This document shows positions 14,468-29,037 of a DNA stretch of 64,000 bases, piece after piece. Location of the stretch: positions 41,478,001 through 41,542,000 of the forward strand of contig OX597824.1 of assembly GCA_951406725.2 (NCBI GenBank), written 5' to 3'. Position 1 is the first letter of the stretch; every line of letters begins with the position of its first letter. The notes under the pieces were generated by a model that worked only from the letters and a program-made list of their open reading frames with translations, was not told the origin of the DNA and made no database searches. The stretch is from Octopus vulgaris (Eukaryota). The position numbers and the translations under genes are program-made.

Positions 14468-15582
14468 CATATATATATGTATACTATATTAAATCTCTGA
14501 GCGATATATGTGTGTGTTTAATTGGTTGCGATTACAAAGTATCTTAAAAGACCGAAAGTTTCGTGTATGATACTTAAAAGGTATGCTCAAACCTTTCCGT
14601 CCTTGAGTCACTTTGTAAATTCTGCCGATTGGAATTGAATATCTATATAAAGCCACTGAATTTGCTTCAGAAATTCCATTGTGCCGAAGAGTCTATATAA
14701 AAAGTTACTGTACATTTACCAAAATGTATTGTTTTAGAAATAAGCGAAACGGTAAGTAAAAAACGCAGTACTCTTTTTAGAAAATAGCTTTACATATGGT
14801 AAGTTAGTTCAAACAATCTACCTAGAATTATGCATAACTGGTGCCTGTTAATGCGTCGGCGTAACAGCAACTGTGGTGCACGCGTGTGTGTGTGTGCGAG
14901 TCTGTGTGTGCACAGGTGGACTGAAGTCAAGTGAAAGAAGAATGTGAATCATGTTGTTTCTCTGGTTTATGTGAAAAAAAATATGTATATACTTATAGAC
15001 ACGTGCGTACACATGAAAACACACATGTACATGTACGTACGCAAACACATGAAGAATATGTTTACGAGAATATGGTTGCCATTTCTAGCAGTTCGCTGGA
15101 CTGGTAGAAGTTCTCTCACCAGGAAACAAACGAGAAACATAAAATGTGCGTCATTCATATGTATATATATTATATGTATGTATACATGTATGAATATATA
15201 TTTAAGTCTAACATAAACATACATATATGTGTGTGTATGTATATATATACATATATATATATATGTATATAATGAGTATATACTTATAGACACATATACG
15301 TGGGTGTGAGGGCGCGCATGTGTAGGTATGGACATGTGCGCTTACGCGAATACTATGAACATTTTTATTCCCTTACCTTTACTCCCTCCCCTCACTTAGC
15401 GGTCATTCTAATGGCTCTTCTGTCTTAATAACGGTCAATCACACAGTAATTTCCCTTTGTTTAACGGTCATTTTCATAGCATTTTTTCAGATGGCCCGAT
15501 AACTGAAGAGATGCCGGCGTGGGTTTCCGCCCCAACATCCAAAACTCGGAGTTTATCATGGCTACCGAATAAACGTCACATA

Positions 15583-15637
<55 letters not shown>

Positions 15638-15645
<8 letters not shown>

Positions 15646-16247
15646 TAAGGGCTCCTAAATTAAGATGCCGAGTGCTGGGAACACAAAAAGGGGATGAATT
15701 TATCGAGAGTGAAAATCAAAAACGTTTACCGATAATTTTAACAACTCGTACCGCGGTTTCTGCTTCTTTCTAGCAAAACATAGAATATGTTTGCTAATTT
15801 TACGAATAAATCCGGATTTATTCGTAAAATTCTTCCCGGCATGCCCTATACTGCCGCGTAAGTTTTGCGTCTGCGCAGAGATTTGAAAAGTTAAGATCTG
15901 CTAGTAGTCGGATTCAACACATGGTCCCACATCGCTGCAGACCTCGATTAAATTTAGGCGACTCGCTGATGAAGCTAGCCTTAGCAAACATATTCTATGT
16001 TTTGCTAGAAAGAAGCAGAAACCGCGGTACGAGTTGTTAAAATTATCGGTAAACGTTTTTGATTTTCACTCTCGATAAATTCATCCCCTTTTTGTGTTCC
16101 CAGCACTCGGCATCTTAATTTAGGAGCCCTTAATTGTATAACTACATGAATAATATTTTTCTATATGAATAATATTTTTGTCTTATGACTAATTCGTCTT
16201 TTGTGCTGGGCACCTGGTAGTAAATAATATTACTACCCTTCTTGTTT
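15638..16247 (+). mobile_element. PLE-like fold-back element: 160-bp inverted arms (15638-15797, 15981-16140), spacer and 3' tail, in (TA)n
   Basis: Arms are reverse complements by inspection; 36-bp palindrome at 15796-15831; (TA)n flanks. Confidence 0.88.
15958..16037 (+). ncRNA. Type I hammerhead ribozyme with extended stem II
   Basis: stem I GCGACTCG/CGAGTTGT; CTGATGA 15966-15972; stem II GCT..TAGCAAACATA/TATGTTTTGCTA..AGC; GAAA 16018-16021; palindromic stem III ACCGCGGT; GTA site. Confidence 0.82.
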
Positions 16248-16254
16248 ATATATA

Positions 16255-16312
<58 letters not shown>

Positions 16313-16314
<2 letters not shown>

Positions 16315-16677
16315 CAAAATTAAAAATGAGGGTGAAAAATTGAATATTAATTTGATAACATCAATTTAACACCAGTGGTCTAGAATATTAAAAAACTGAG
16401 GTTCAGTAAATAGTATTACATACTTATAAGAGGGAAAACCACTATATGGACCCCCTAATGCTAGAAGTAGATCTGTTATAGTCTTACCACTAAGAATTGT
16501 TCTCTAGGAAATTTAGCAGACACTAGAAACGTAAGATCTATATTTTTGTTACTTTTCATTTATCTTGCGCACTTACGTTTCTAGTGTCTGCTAAATTTCC
16601 TAGCGAACAATTCTGAGTGGTAAGACTATAGCAGATCTACTTCTAGCATTAGGGCGTCCACATAGTGGTAATCCCTC

Positions 16678-16682
<5 letters not shown>
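16313..16682 (-). mobile_element. Fold-back element with ~110-bp diverged arms (~16423-16534, ~16572-16682) and tail, in (TA)n
   Basis: Inverted repeat with several mismatches; terminal hairpin motif at 16329-16385. Confidence 0.72.
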
Positions 16683-16714
<32 letters not shown>

Positions 16715-16736
16715 TGTATGTATGTATGTATGTATG

Positions 16737-16782
<46 letters not shown>

Positions 16783-16999
16783 CATACATACATGTTAAAA
16801 AAGATTCTGGCAAAGACCTTTTAGAATACTACGGAAAGTCCGTCCCCAGCTATTGGCTACCTGATGTCATCACAGAAAGGAAATGTTCCTACTACTGGGT
16901 ATACAACAGGAATTCCATAGTTTCTGTAGTGTTTACATAAAAAGATAAATGATAGACAATAGAATTAACGATATTCTTTATTTAAATATTATTTTTACA

Positions 17000-17048
<49 letters not shown>

Positions 17049-17776
17049 TTATATATAGGCGCAGGAGTAGATGTGTGATAAGAACCTTTCTTCCCAATGA
17101 CATTGTGCCGTGTTCAGTCCCACTGCATGGTACGTTGGGTAAGTGTCTTCTGATATATATATATATATGTATGTATGCATGTATGTATTTGTGTGTCTGT
17201 GTTTGACCACCCCCACCATCGCTTGACAACCGATGTTGGTGTGTTTACGCCCCTATAACTAGCGGTTCGGCAAGAGATATCGACAAAATAAGTACTAAGC
17301 TTACAAAGAATATGTCCTGAGGTCGATTTATTCGACCAAAGTCGGTGCTCTAGCATAGCCGCAGTCAAATGACTGAAAGTAAAAAAATAAATGAATATAT
17401 ATGTACATGTCTATGTGAGACACACACACATATCTATCTATCTATAGCCACCTTGAGCATAATCCTATGAACCCGGAAAAATTTAAAACAGAGAGTTACT
17501 TACTTGCAAATAAATGTGTTAACATGTGACATTATTGACCGAGGTTACTGTGGTCTTTTCCGTAGGCTTTTCTTTCCATGGATAAATCTCATCTATTTCC
17601 CCTTTACATTTTAAATCATGACATTTCTGTGATACACAATCCCCATTAATTGGTTTTTTTTTACGATTCCTTTTGATCGAAAACCTAACCCACACTTTTT
17701 TTCTCCCCCAAAAGAAAAGCTCTACTTTATAATTTGTCCCCTCTGTGTTCAGCCCTGTGTGGCTAATAAAGAAACA

Positions 17777-17911
<135 letters not shown>

Positions 17912-17971
17912 CGTCTCTCCCCTTCTCTCTCTATCTCTCACTTTATCTCTCTCTCTCTCTCTATCTATCTC

Positions 17972-18021
<50 letters not shown>

Positions 18022-18056
18022 CATATATCTATTTATCTCTCTATCTCTCTATCCAT

Positions 18057-18109
<53 letters not shown>

Positions 18110-18984
18110 TACATATTTGTGCGGTGTGTGGGTCTGATATGGGCGTATATCTATGTATGCGTGTCTACATGTTTGTACGGATGTATCGCTGCTTCGATTG
18201 TAGACAAATACAGCTATATCAAATTCCATACAAAATAAATTCTTACTTTGTTTAAATACACTTCTCTCACACCCATATGCCTTCCCTTTAAGCTCACGCT
18301 CGCGCCTATTATTACCTTTTTAGTTTAACCATTTCTTCACACACTTAACGATTGCTCATATACACCGATATCCCACACTCCCACTAACCCTTGCCACTAT
18401 CCTCTCATACGTTCGCACGCATACGCACACATCATAAAACCACAAACACTAGTTTTCCCTTTCTGCCCATTTCAAAACACTGATACACTTCTATACATCG
18501 CATAAATTCTTCCCTTCTTAACTCATCGAAGAGAACTACATTCCCATGTGGTCTCTAACACCGGGCATAATTTTGTCCCTCTCCTTCAAAACACTCTTAC
18601 TCTTTCACATTCCCCCTTTACATTTCTACTAAAGTTTTCTTCTGATGAAGGACTTGCATCCGAAGTGTAAAGACTCACTTCCTTTCTAAGCGTTGAACTA
18701 CTACAATATTTGTTAAAAGTTGTCCCTTCGGTGATTTCTTTTTTTATTATGCTTCAATGACTTCACACACGCAGAAAAACGCACAAAACGAAAGCGTGTA
18801 TATGTCTGTGAGTACCATTTTGCAGACACATTGACACATATATACATATTTTATGGATATATGCTTAATGATAGTGTGTATGTGTGTGTATGTGTATATA
18901 TATATTTATATATATACAGGCATACGTTCATATTTTTTGTTAATATTTATTAATGGCTATGTTCATAATCAGGCAGTACTATCC

Positions 18985-19065
<81 letters not shown>

Positions 19066-19091
19066 CTTATTTACATACCTACCTGTCTCTT

Positions 19092-19124
<33 letters not shown>

Positions 19125-19826
19125 GTGAATACACACATACACACACCACGCACACATAAATAGTTAGAGAGAATAAGAAAAAATATATATATATGTTTGT
19201 GTGTCTTTGTGCCTGCGTCAGTGCGCACGCATGTGTTGCGTATGTATACGCATGCGTATGCTTTTGTATTTACGCATATGTATATCCACTAATTCTAGGA
19301 GAAAGGAAATCGAGATCCATTGTTCCTTTCTCTCCCCAGTCTTCAACAATGTCACCCTTAACAGGGGACTGCTTATATGGCATCCCTGTACTCCAGCGTT
19401 GCGTTTGTTTGTCCTAGACAAAGCATCCTCCTATTTCATATAACCCACCCTTTCACTCCGTTCTAACATCTACGTCACACACTAACACACACACACACAC
19501 ACACACACATTAACACAAACACACACACACACATACGCACATGCAAACACTCATTAAATTTCTACCTCGTATACACAGGCACGTCCGCGCACGTCTCGAA
19601 GCAGAACTCGGGTAGAGCTTTTCTAAACACCCCCTACTCTCTGTCCTCGCTTAACGTATCTCAATTGGATGCATGCGTTCAAACTCGTCGCCTTTTTCAA
19701 ATACGACGCTGTAAATGCATTCGCATACAAAGAGATATACATATTTACACACATATACTCATACACCTGCGTACGCACATACACACAAACACATACACAC
19801 AAACACATACACACACATCTCTCACA

Positions 19827-19892
<66 letters not shown>

Positions 19893-20123
19893 ACGTATCT
19901 ATGCATATATATACGTGTGTATCTCTCTCTCTCTGTCCCTCTCTCTCTGTTTCTCTCTCCCTCTCTCTCTATATATATATGCACACACATACATACATGC
20001 ATACATACATATATATGCGTGTATATATATGTATATATGTATATTCACCATATCTGTTTTTACTCAATCTCTCTACCTCCCTCCCTCCTAATTCCTTCTC
20101 CCTATGTGTATGAGTGTGTATAA

Positions 20124-20160
<37 letters not shown>

Positions 20161-20659
20161 TATGGTATACTTGCATATATATATATGCACACACACACAC
20201 ATATGTCCATGTATATATATATATGCACACACACTCACACACACATACATATATACATGTATATATATATGCACACACACATATATATATATATATACAT
20301 GTATATGCATGCACATTTATATATATATGTATTTGAGTGTGTGCGTGTGTGCGTGTGTGCGTGTGGTGTGTGTACATACTTATATAGTTATAGAAAAAGA
20401 AATACATTGATAAGGCTATTTATGCAAATGTTTAAAGTCGGCCATTTATTCCCACATACATACGCGTACTACAATCATACACATTCTACTCACGGGTTAC
20501 AGACATGCACATATATACACGCATATACACGCGTACATAGCTGCGTTTTTTTAAAAATCTTTTCCTTGTTTGTCCCAACTAAACTCTTTGTTTAAATCAA
20601 GTCCACGTACAACAGTCTTCATATCACAGTCAAGCAATTCTCCCCGTCACTGCAGCCGA

Positions 20660-21048
20660 CACCACCACAACCACCAAAGCCACCACCACCACCACCACCA
20701 CTACTGCTATTGCTATTATCACCTGCCCCACCACCACAAGCACAACCACAGTCACAACAACCATCATCACAACTACCACAACTACAATCACAACCACCAC
20801 TGATACAACCACCACCACCACCATCACCACCACCACCACCACTTTTATCACCTACACCACCATGACAAGCACAATCACCATCACAACCACAATCACAACC
20901 ACCACCGATACAATCACCAGCATCACAACAACCACCACTATCACAACAACAACCACCACCATCACCGATGCAACCACCACGACTACAACAACAACCATAA
21001 CCGCCACGGCCATTATCACCATCAAAACCACTACTACCACCTCAACCA

Positions 21049-21088
<40 letters not shown>

Positions 21089-21175
21089 GCTACTACTGCT
21101 GCTGCTGCTGCTGCTGTGGCTGAGTAGTAGTAGTAGTAGTAGTAGTACATGATCATCATCATAATCATCGTCATT

Positions 21176-21212
<37 letters not shown>

Positions 21213-21291
21213 CCACCACCACCACCAACAATAAAAACGACGCTTGCACCATTCCTCCCATATGAACCATCACTATTACAATCACAAATAT

Positions 21292-21336
<45 letters not shown>

Positions 21337-21820
21337 GACTATTATGGTTCCTCCACAGCCACCACATATCTGTGTCACAATCACATGTATACCCTAGTAT
21401 CATCATCGCTACCAATAATAGTTACAGTGGCCAACAGCGTCGCTGTCGCTGCCGCCACGACGGCGACGACGACGACGACCACCACCACCGCCGCCACCAC
21501 TTTTGATTGCCACCGCCGTTACCTCTATTGCCACTGCCGCCGCTGCCAAACCGTCATTAACGTATACCTAGTTTTATTACAGCACTAAAACCTCAATATT
21601 AAACATCCTTACACTCATCACCACGACCGCCGCTCCACCGCCATTACCATCTGTACCAAAACAACCACAGCTTCCCGACTCCAGTAATACCATAATCATA
21701 TTATCACTATTACAACTTCCATCATATCCACCACCAACAACAACGGCAAAAACAACATTTCAACCACCACCAATACTATCATCACCACTACAACAACCAT
21801 CAGCAACAGCAACAATAGCA
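20660..21820. repeat. Compound trinucleotide low-complexity block (ACC/ACT/AGT/ATC)
   Basis: Direct inspection. Confidence 0.9.
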
Positions 21821-22074
21821 ACAGCTAGATTACACTGAAGGCGGTGAGTTGGAGGTATCGGTAGCATGCCGGTCTAAATACTTAGCGGCATTTCTTTACG
21901 TTCTGCCCTACGTTCTGAATTGAAATTCCGCCGAGGTTGACTTTGTCGTTCATTCTTTCGCGGCCGACGAAATAGATACCAGATATGCACTGGACCCCAT
22001 GTAATCGACTAGCCAACCCTTCCCTTTGTAGTAGGAAGGAAAAACCACAATATTATTATTATGTCCAGGTTCCA

Positions 22075-22715
22075 ACCTGGGCCTCAGCAGCAAAGTCTAA
22101 CTGCCATTCTTCTCAGTCCGTCACTACTGCCTCGATCTGGTTACATTCCAAGCCAGTGCTTGCAGTCAAGTTGTGGAAGGAATGTGACGAAGTTTTCCTC
22201 GTTTTACATCACCACGAAGTAGATTCCACAAAACTAATTTGGATGCTTCTAGTTTAGAGTGGTGCATGCAGTGACCAGGTAGTCGCAACCGTCTTTGCCT
22301 GATCTCGCTAAATTTCGGCAGGTCTCCATAAAGACATTCATTGTTCATATGTTGCTACCGTTTCAGATTTAGGGCCATTCGTAGTATCCTTGAGTAGCAT
22401 CCGTTTAGCCTGTTTGATAATTTCTTTGTTGGTATCCATGTTACACTGCCATATAAAGGCATTGATTCTCTACTCAGCAGAATAGAAACATCTGCTGCTA
22501 AAATAGGACTGCACACAAATATCAAGAAAACGGAATACATGTCTTTCAAACAATCAAGTGATAGTGAATTGTTTGCTTTGAGCGGTTCCAAATTGAATGT
22601 TGCTGAAGACTTCATGTACTTAGGTGGGTGGTTGAGCTGTTCGGAAGCACTCATCATGATCAGGAAGGTACAAGCATGGATAACCTGTCACAGACTAAAG
22701 GAGGTCAAAAGCTAC
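22075..22715. mobile_element. RTE-like LINE remnant with internal inversion (minus 22075-~22440, plus ~22450-22715)
   Basis: Minus: LNGCYSRILRMALN, RQRRLRLPGHCMHH; plus: IGLHTNIKKTEYM, EDFMYLGGW. Confidence 0.6.
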
Positions 22716-23881
22716 ATTACTATATCACCAAATATCTCTACTGCAGCCATTGCCCTATGATCACCACAACTACTGTCACAAGCCACAACTGCTGTAAAAA
22801 TCATCTAGAAATCCTGCTAATAGGGGGAGTCTTTACGAGGTCGCCGTACAAGGACCCAAACCCTAACCCCAAAACTTTCTCATAGGACACTATAAGATTT
22901 TTAAGAAATCAACAAAAACAAACGACATATTGTGTAAGGCAGGAATAAAGCCACTACTTACACACGCACATATATACACACATTCTTCCATACGTGCACG
23001 CACACACCACACAAAACGCACATGTGCATACACATATAGATGCACGCACACACACACACGCAAGCATATATCACACGCACATACACATACACGCGCATAA
23101 AAAATATGCTTGTACGCATACATTGTATATATTTATACATATATGTATGTATGTATCATATGCATGTAAACATGTATGTTGTGTGTGTGTGCATATGTAT
23201 TAATTAATGATACTCATGAAAAATCGCTCAGAAACGTAGACATACCAACACCCGTTGTCAAGTGGTCGTGGGGGACAAACGTAGACACAAAGACACACAC
23301 ACACACACACACACAAGCATACACGCACGTGCGCGCACACATATATGACAAGCTTCTTTCAGTGTCGGTCTGCCAAATCTACTCACATAGTAGAAGACAC
23401 TCGCCCAAAGTGTCACGCAGGAACTGAACCAGGAATTATGTGGTTGGGAAGAAGACGTCTTAGCGCACGGTCACGCCTGCGCCTATACAAAGAAATATAT
23501 AAAAATGATTCATATCCATGTAGTACATTGTAAATATTTATGGATCGACAATTGAGAAGAATATGGTGTAAGAATATTCTGAATTTCTTAATCAGATTGA
23601 TTCCCAACATTTGAATTCGAATGAGCAAGGATCAAAATTCTCTTGCGATAAACTAAGCATTACGACAGATGGTTTTTTTCTCAGAAATATTCCAGTCGCA
23701 TCGCATCTCTTATATTAGTCATGGTTTCTGTTGCTCAGTAATCTCTGCTTAATCGAATAAACAGTTTTAATCTCTTAATCACTGTTAAATGCACGTCGTT
23801 AATTAACTGATCAGACACACTTCTCTCTCTCTCTCTTTCTCCCTGTCTGCCTCTCACAAACAGGCATGCACACACACACAC

Positions 23882-23947
<66 letters not shown>

Positions 23948-24279
23948 GAAAACCAAACTATCTATAAGTATTTATTTATCTGCATTCACAATCACATAAT
24001 CGTCGCTATCATCGTCGTCGACGTCGTCATCATTGTCATTGTCGTCGCCATTATTTTCGTTGTCACATCACACGGTTGTTGACGATGACGTCAACGCCAT
24101 CGTAATCACCACCACCTGCACAACCACTATCACCTCCTCCTCCTCCTCCTCCTCCTCCTCCCCCTCCTCCTCCTCCTCACCATCATCATCATCAGCGGCA
24201 GTAGTAGCAACAGCAGCAGCAGCATGGTAGACGGAAACTGAAAGAAGCCTGTCGTATATATATACAATTATGTAACATA

Positions 24280-24860
24280 TTTAACCAATTAGGCCTAAGA
24301 ACAACAATCAGTACAAACCTTAAAGAAGTGAACTTTCTAGGCATTAACACAGGAAAATTTGAACCCTAGCACAAACTAAACGAGGAAGTCCGTACATAGA
24401 CATAGGCTCCAACACACCCACCAGCAGTAATTAGACAAATGGTTAACAACATTAGTAGGCGCGTCTCCAGTTTATCCGCCGACAAAGACACTTTTTTAAA
24501 AAGCCGCCTTATATTATAATGCCGCATTAGAAAAGTCCAATTTCAAGAATAGCATATACTACATTGAATCAAATATAAATAAACAAAGACGCAGTCAGAG
24601 GAAAATCTTATGGTTTAACTCACCTCATGGCTTAAATGTAGCTAGTAACATTGGTAGGAAATTCTTACAGCTAATAGACAATCACTTCAACATTCACACA
24701 AATACAAGATCTTCAATAGCAATACTGCTGAAGTTAGCTATAATTTTCTCTCCAATATAGTGTCAATAATACTCAATCACAATAAATATAAACATACCAG
24801 AAACACCCCCGAAAGACAATGTAGATCCTCAAACCGCTACCCTCTAAACAACAACTGTCT
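24280..24860 (+). pseudogene. Neptune-type PLE RT-thumb/linker fragment
   Basis: Broken frames encode NLKEVNFL, RKILWFNSP..LNVASNIGRKFLQLIDNHF, KIFNSNTAEVSY..LSNIVSIILNHNK. Confidence 0.8.
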
Positions 24861-24982
24861 CGATGTTGTGTGCTTTCACGCGAGTCCTGGATGACGTGAG
24901 CCTTGACACGAGTCCTCGATGTCACAAGCTTTCACGCGAGTCCTCGATGTCGCAAGCTTTCACGCGAGTCCTCGATGTCACG
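24859..24982 (+). repeat. 28-bp minisatellite, ~4.4 copies
   Basis: CTCGATGTCGCAAGCTTTCACGCGAGTC units starting at 24859, 24887, 24915, 24943, 24971. Confidence 0.85.
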
Positions 24983-26345
24983 ACCCCTCTGTCCAGGTAT
25001 CTGGTTTGATGATTATAACTTCCACTATTGATCCTATCAGTCTTCGAGGCGCTGAAGAACGTTATGACAGCTATCTCTTCCTTCATGGACCAATACCTGT
25101 GTTACACATTTTTATTTGCACAGGTAAGAGTCTGTATGCAGAAAAGGTTCACTTCCTAACTACGTAGTTTCGGGTTCAGTACCATTACGTGGCAAATCTT
25201 TTCTTGAGCAAATCTGTTCTACGATAACAACGGGTCGACCAATGCTTTGTGAATGAATTTGGTTGACAGTGACTAGAAACATGTCGTTTTGTGTGCGCGT
25301 GCTTGTGTGTGTATTGGTACCTGGGTACATTTGTGTTTCTGTTTTAGTTCCTCCATCGTTCAATAACCGGTGTTGTTTCTTTACGCCTCCATAACATAAC
25401 ACCTCATCAACAGACCGAAAAAATAAGTATAAGTACAAGATTTGAGTGAATAATCTCTTCAAGTTGATGCAGTAGCATGGCCGCAGTCCAATGACTGAAA
25501 CATGTAGAAAAATAAAATAAATATCACCAGATGTTGCACATTTGTTATACTTGTCTTATTGCTAGTGTAACAAGAATGAAAACATATTGTTATCAATGAT
25601 CTTTTGAGAAGAGAATTCGTAATCGAATTCCTGTGTTAAAAGCATTCAGTATTCAAATTAAAAAACAATTTATCTTGGTTTTCATTTAGTGAGAATTTCC
25701 TTGGTTATAAATAACTTTAAAAAAAATTTATGGCACTAAATTTAAAAAAAAATGAAATGGATCCCGAAAATAACGTTCTATAGCGTTTTATAGCCGAAGT
25801 CCAAGTGGAGAATGGACGGAATAGAAAAATGATATCTTCTAGAGAAAGGGAAAAAACATCTATTCTACAGCAAAGAATGTCGTTTATTAATTAGTTTAGA
25901 GTATGTAACTTTTATTAATAAAAATCAATTATTAAAGTCTTTACTGTCGAGAAAATTGTAATAAATTCCAATTCCAATATATATATATTGATTTCAGTAT
26001 TCTTACATATTTGTCGCTTGTTGAAGGAGAAAAAAAAGTGGTTTTAATTTACTTTCGTCGATTGAGCATAAGGACAGAAGCTGCCCCCACCCAACTCTTT
26101 TTCCTTGTAACTTTCTGAACAATGGATATTTTAATGTGAAATTCTCTGCAAATGCCTTTCAGACTGTGTCGATTACGATTATATCGGAACTTGTGGTAAA
26201 AACTTTTTCGAGGGTGGATTATAGAGGAATTTCGGATAATTCACATGTCTCGAATTTGTTTCCGTCTAACTTTCTGAAAAATTGGTATTTTTTGATGAAA
26301 TTTTCAGCAAATGAGTTTCAGATGGTGTAAATTACGACTATATCT

Positions 26346-26561
26346 GTTTAGCCCCACAAGGGGCTAAACATAGAGGGGACAGACAGACGGATTAAGTCGA
26401 TTACATCGACCCCAGTGCGTAACTGGTACTTGATTTATCGACCCCGAAAGGATGAAAGGCAAAGTCAACCTCGGCGGAATTTGAACTCGGAACGTAACGG
26501 CAGACGAAATACGGCTACGCATTTCGCCCGGCGTGCTAACGTTTCTGCCAGCTCGCCGCCT
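26346..26561 (-). mobile_element. SINE family A copy
   Basis: High similarity to 3404-3640. Confidence 0.85.
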
Positions 26562-26857
26562 TATCGGAATTCCGACTATATCGGAATTCAATTTGTAAAC
26601 ACGGGTGGTGAGCGGCTACTTCGCGCACCAAGATTTTGCTTCCTTATATGTTTTGATGATTCAATTACAATTATGCAGAAAAGAACTGACTTTTGGGTCC
26701 CACATGATCCTAGAAAGATAAATTTTATTCAACGCATAGATACTGAACAGTATGCTTTATATATATACTGTTCACTATCTACCCGTTGAATAAAATTTAT
26801 CTTTCTACTTGTTTTCTATATATATATATATATATATATAACTTACAATAAGTTATA

Positions 26858-26917
<60 letters not shown>

Positions 26918-27319
26918 AATAAGGATAATATCGATATTTAAATATCGATATTATCAAGTGGCCAGCATGGGAAAAAATACCGTACAAAGGTGATAATTTT
27001 TTACAACTAAAATAAGGGTGTCTGAGAGACACCACCATGCCGAAATAGCAGTCAAAACCCTGACTTTAAAATCCACGTTAAATGTTCATATCGTACCATG
27101 AGATAAGACAGAGGGACAAAATAGACTATCAAAAAATATTATTGAATAATTCAAGATCCAGGATTCCTGGTTTTGCTTTAAATGAGCTTTACCGTCATCG
27201 GTTGAATATGCAGAAAAAACGTTATACTTACATATACGAACGTCCATACATACGATTATATGCACGTATGCACAAGGCCAGTTAAATTGCCCGCCAAATA
27301 TCCCATAAGTACGATATGG

Positions 27320-27357
<38 letters not shown>

Positions 27358-27625
27358 TTTTATGAATATATATACATATGTACATATTTTAATGAATATA
27401 TGTATACATATGTACATATATATATATATATATATTTGTATATATAAATACATATATGTGCATATATATAGTTATGTATGTGTATGTATATATACATTTA
27501 TATATGAATGTGTATATATATATGCCTGTATGTCATATTTATTTGAATATATATATTATATATATGTATTTATGTATATGTGTATGTATATATTTATGTA
27601 TTTATGTATGTGTGTATGTATATAT

Positions 27626-27708
27626 ATATAGTAATATAATAAATAAATAAAATATATGCATATATACATACATATATGTACATACTTACATCTACATGTA
27701 TATGTACA

Positions 27709-27777
<69 letters not shown>

Positions 27778-28100
27778 CATATATATATATATATGAGTAC
27801 AGGACACCACAAATAAACGTAGAATACAACGAGAGACGAGAACATAAAATCAAACAAGGAAACGGACTTTTTTTAAACAACGAAAAAACAGTACAGGACA
27901 AACAATATAGTTCGACTCAAAGTGTGTTTCAAAGTTCGAAACACACTTTGAGTCGAACCAGGGACAGCTGATGAAGGGGAACTTTCCTTGTATCGTTTGT
28001 CCTGTACTCTGTTTTTTCGTTGTTTAAAAAAAGTCCGTTTCCTTGTTTGATTTTATCTTCACGTCTCGTTGTGTTCTACGTTTATTTGTGGTGTCCTGTA

Positions 28101-28159
<59 letters not shown>

Positions 28160-28276
28160 GCATGTATATATACATGTAGATGTAAGTATGTACATATATG
28201 TATGTATATATGCATATATTTTATTTATTTATTATATTACTATATGACCGAACGCACGCGTTATTTCTCTTCTCCA

Positions 28277-28280
<4 letters not shown>
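27626..28280 (+). mobile_element. Fold-back element: inverted arms 27626-27907 and 27991-28245, inner 21-bp hairpin, CTGATGA core, 35-nt tail, in (TA)n
   Basis: Mirror ORFs 27556-27810 (-) and 28043-28384 (+); hairpin 27910-27958; related single arm at ~59260-59510. Confidence 0.8.
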
Positions 28281-28313
<33 letters not shown>

Positions 28314-28439
28314 CTTTGTATGTCTCTGACAACTGCTTTATGCCAAAATCTAGCCAATACTTTATTAATAATTTCTATGATTAAGCAGAAAGCCAGACAT
28401 TTTTTAGGGGTCAACTGTTAGATGTGCACAGCCCTTCTC

Positions 28440-28755
28440 GGCAGTATTAGCGTGACAGCATTTTTTACGGGAGCTTAGTCGGAACATGGTTGTGCTGATG
28501 ACCCTCTGAAAACTGTGAGATTGAAAATGTCAAGAAGGGTTACATTTAGCTTCAACATCTGTAAGTCGCCTTCTGAAGAAAGATATTTTTGACGGGAAAG
28601 GGAATTCCAAAGGATTGTGATTCTTGGAAGGGAGGATTAGAGATAGTCCTTAGTGCAGGGTCTGGGAAAAGATAGAACAAGAGGAGAGGAGAGGAGGAGG
28701 GATAGTTGTGTTATGTTAGATGTCTGTGAGTGGGAAGAGTTTACAACTAAATTGT
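28440..28755 (-). mobile_element. CR1/Jockey-like LINE 3' fragment
   Basis: LPRITILWNSL-type terminal motif. Confidence 0.45.
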
Positions 28756-28759
28756 TCAG

Positions 28760-28978
28760 AGAGATACTGTCAATTGTAGTAGAGATATACGGGATAGATA
28801 GATAGACAGAGATAGATAGATAGATAAATGCAGATAGATAGAGAGATAGATAGAGAGAGAGGGGGGAAGAAATAACGGGACAAAGAGAAAGGCTGGGAGA
28901 AGGACGAAGAAAGAGAAAGAAAGACAGAGGGAAAAGTATGGAGAGAGAGGGGGAAAGCGAAAGAAACAGAAAAAACAC

Positions 28979-29037
<59 letters not shown>

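Noticed and set aside
14660-14760. Possible small exon (ttcag/ttttag ... gtaagt)
   Set aside because: Splice-like signals alone with no recognisable coding content; cannot be supported without RNA-seq
24859-24982. 28-bp repeats as a CRISPR array
   Set aside because: Contiguous units with no spacers, eukaryotic context, no cas genes
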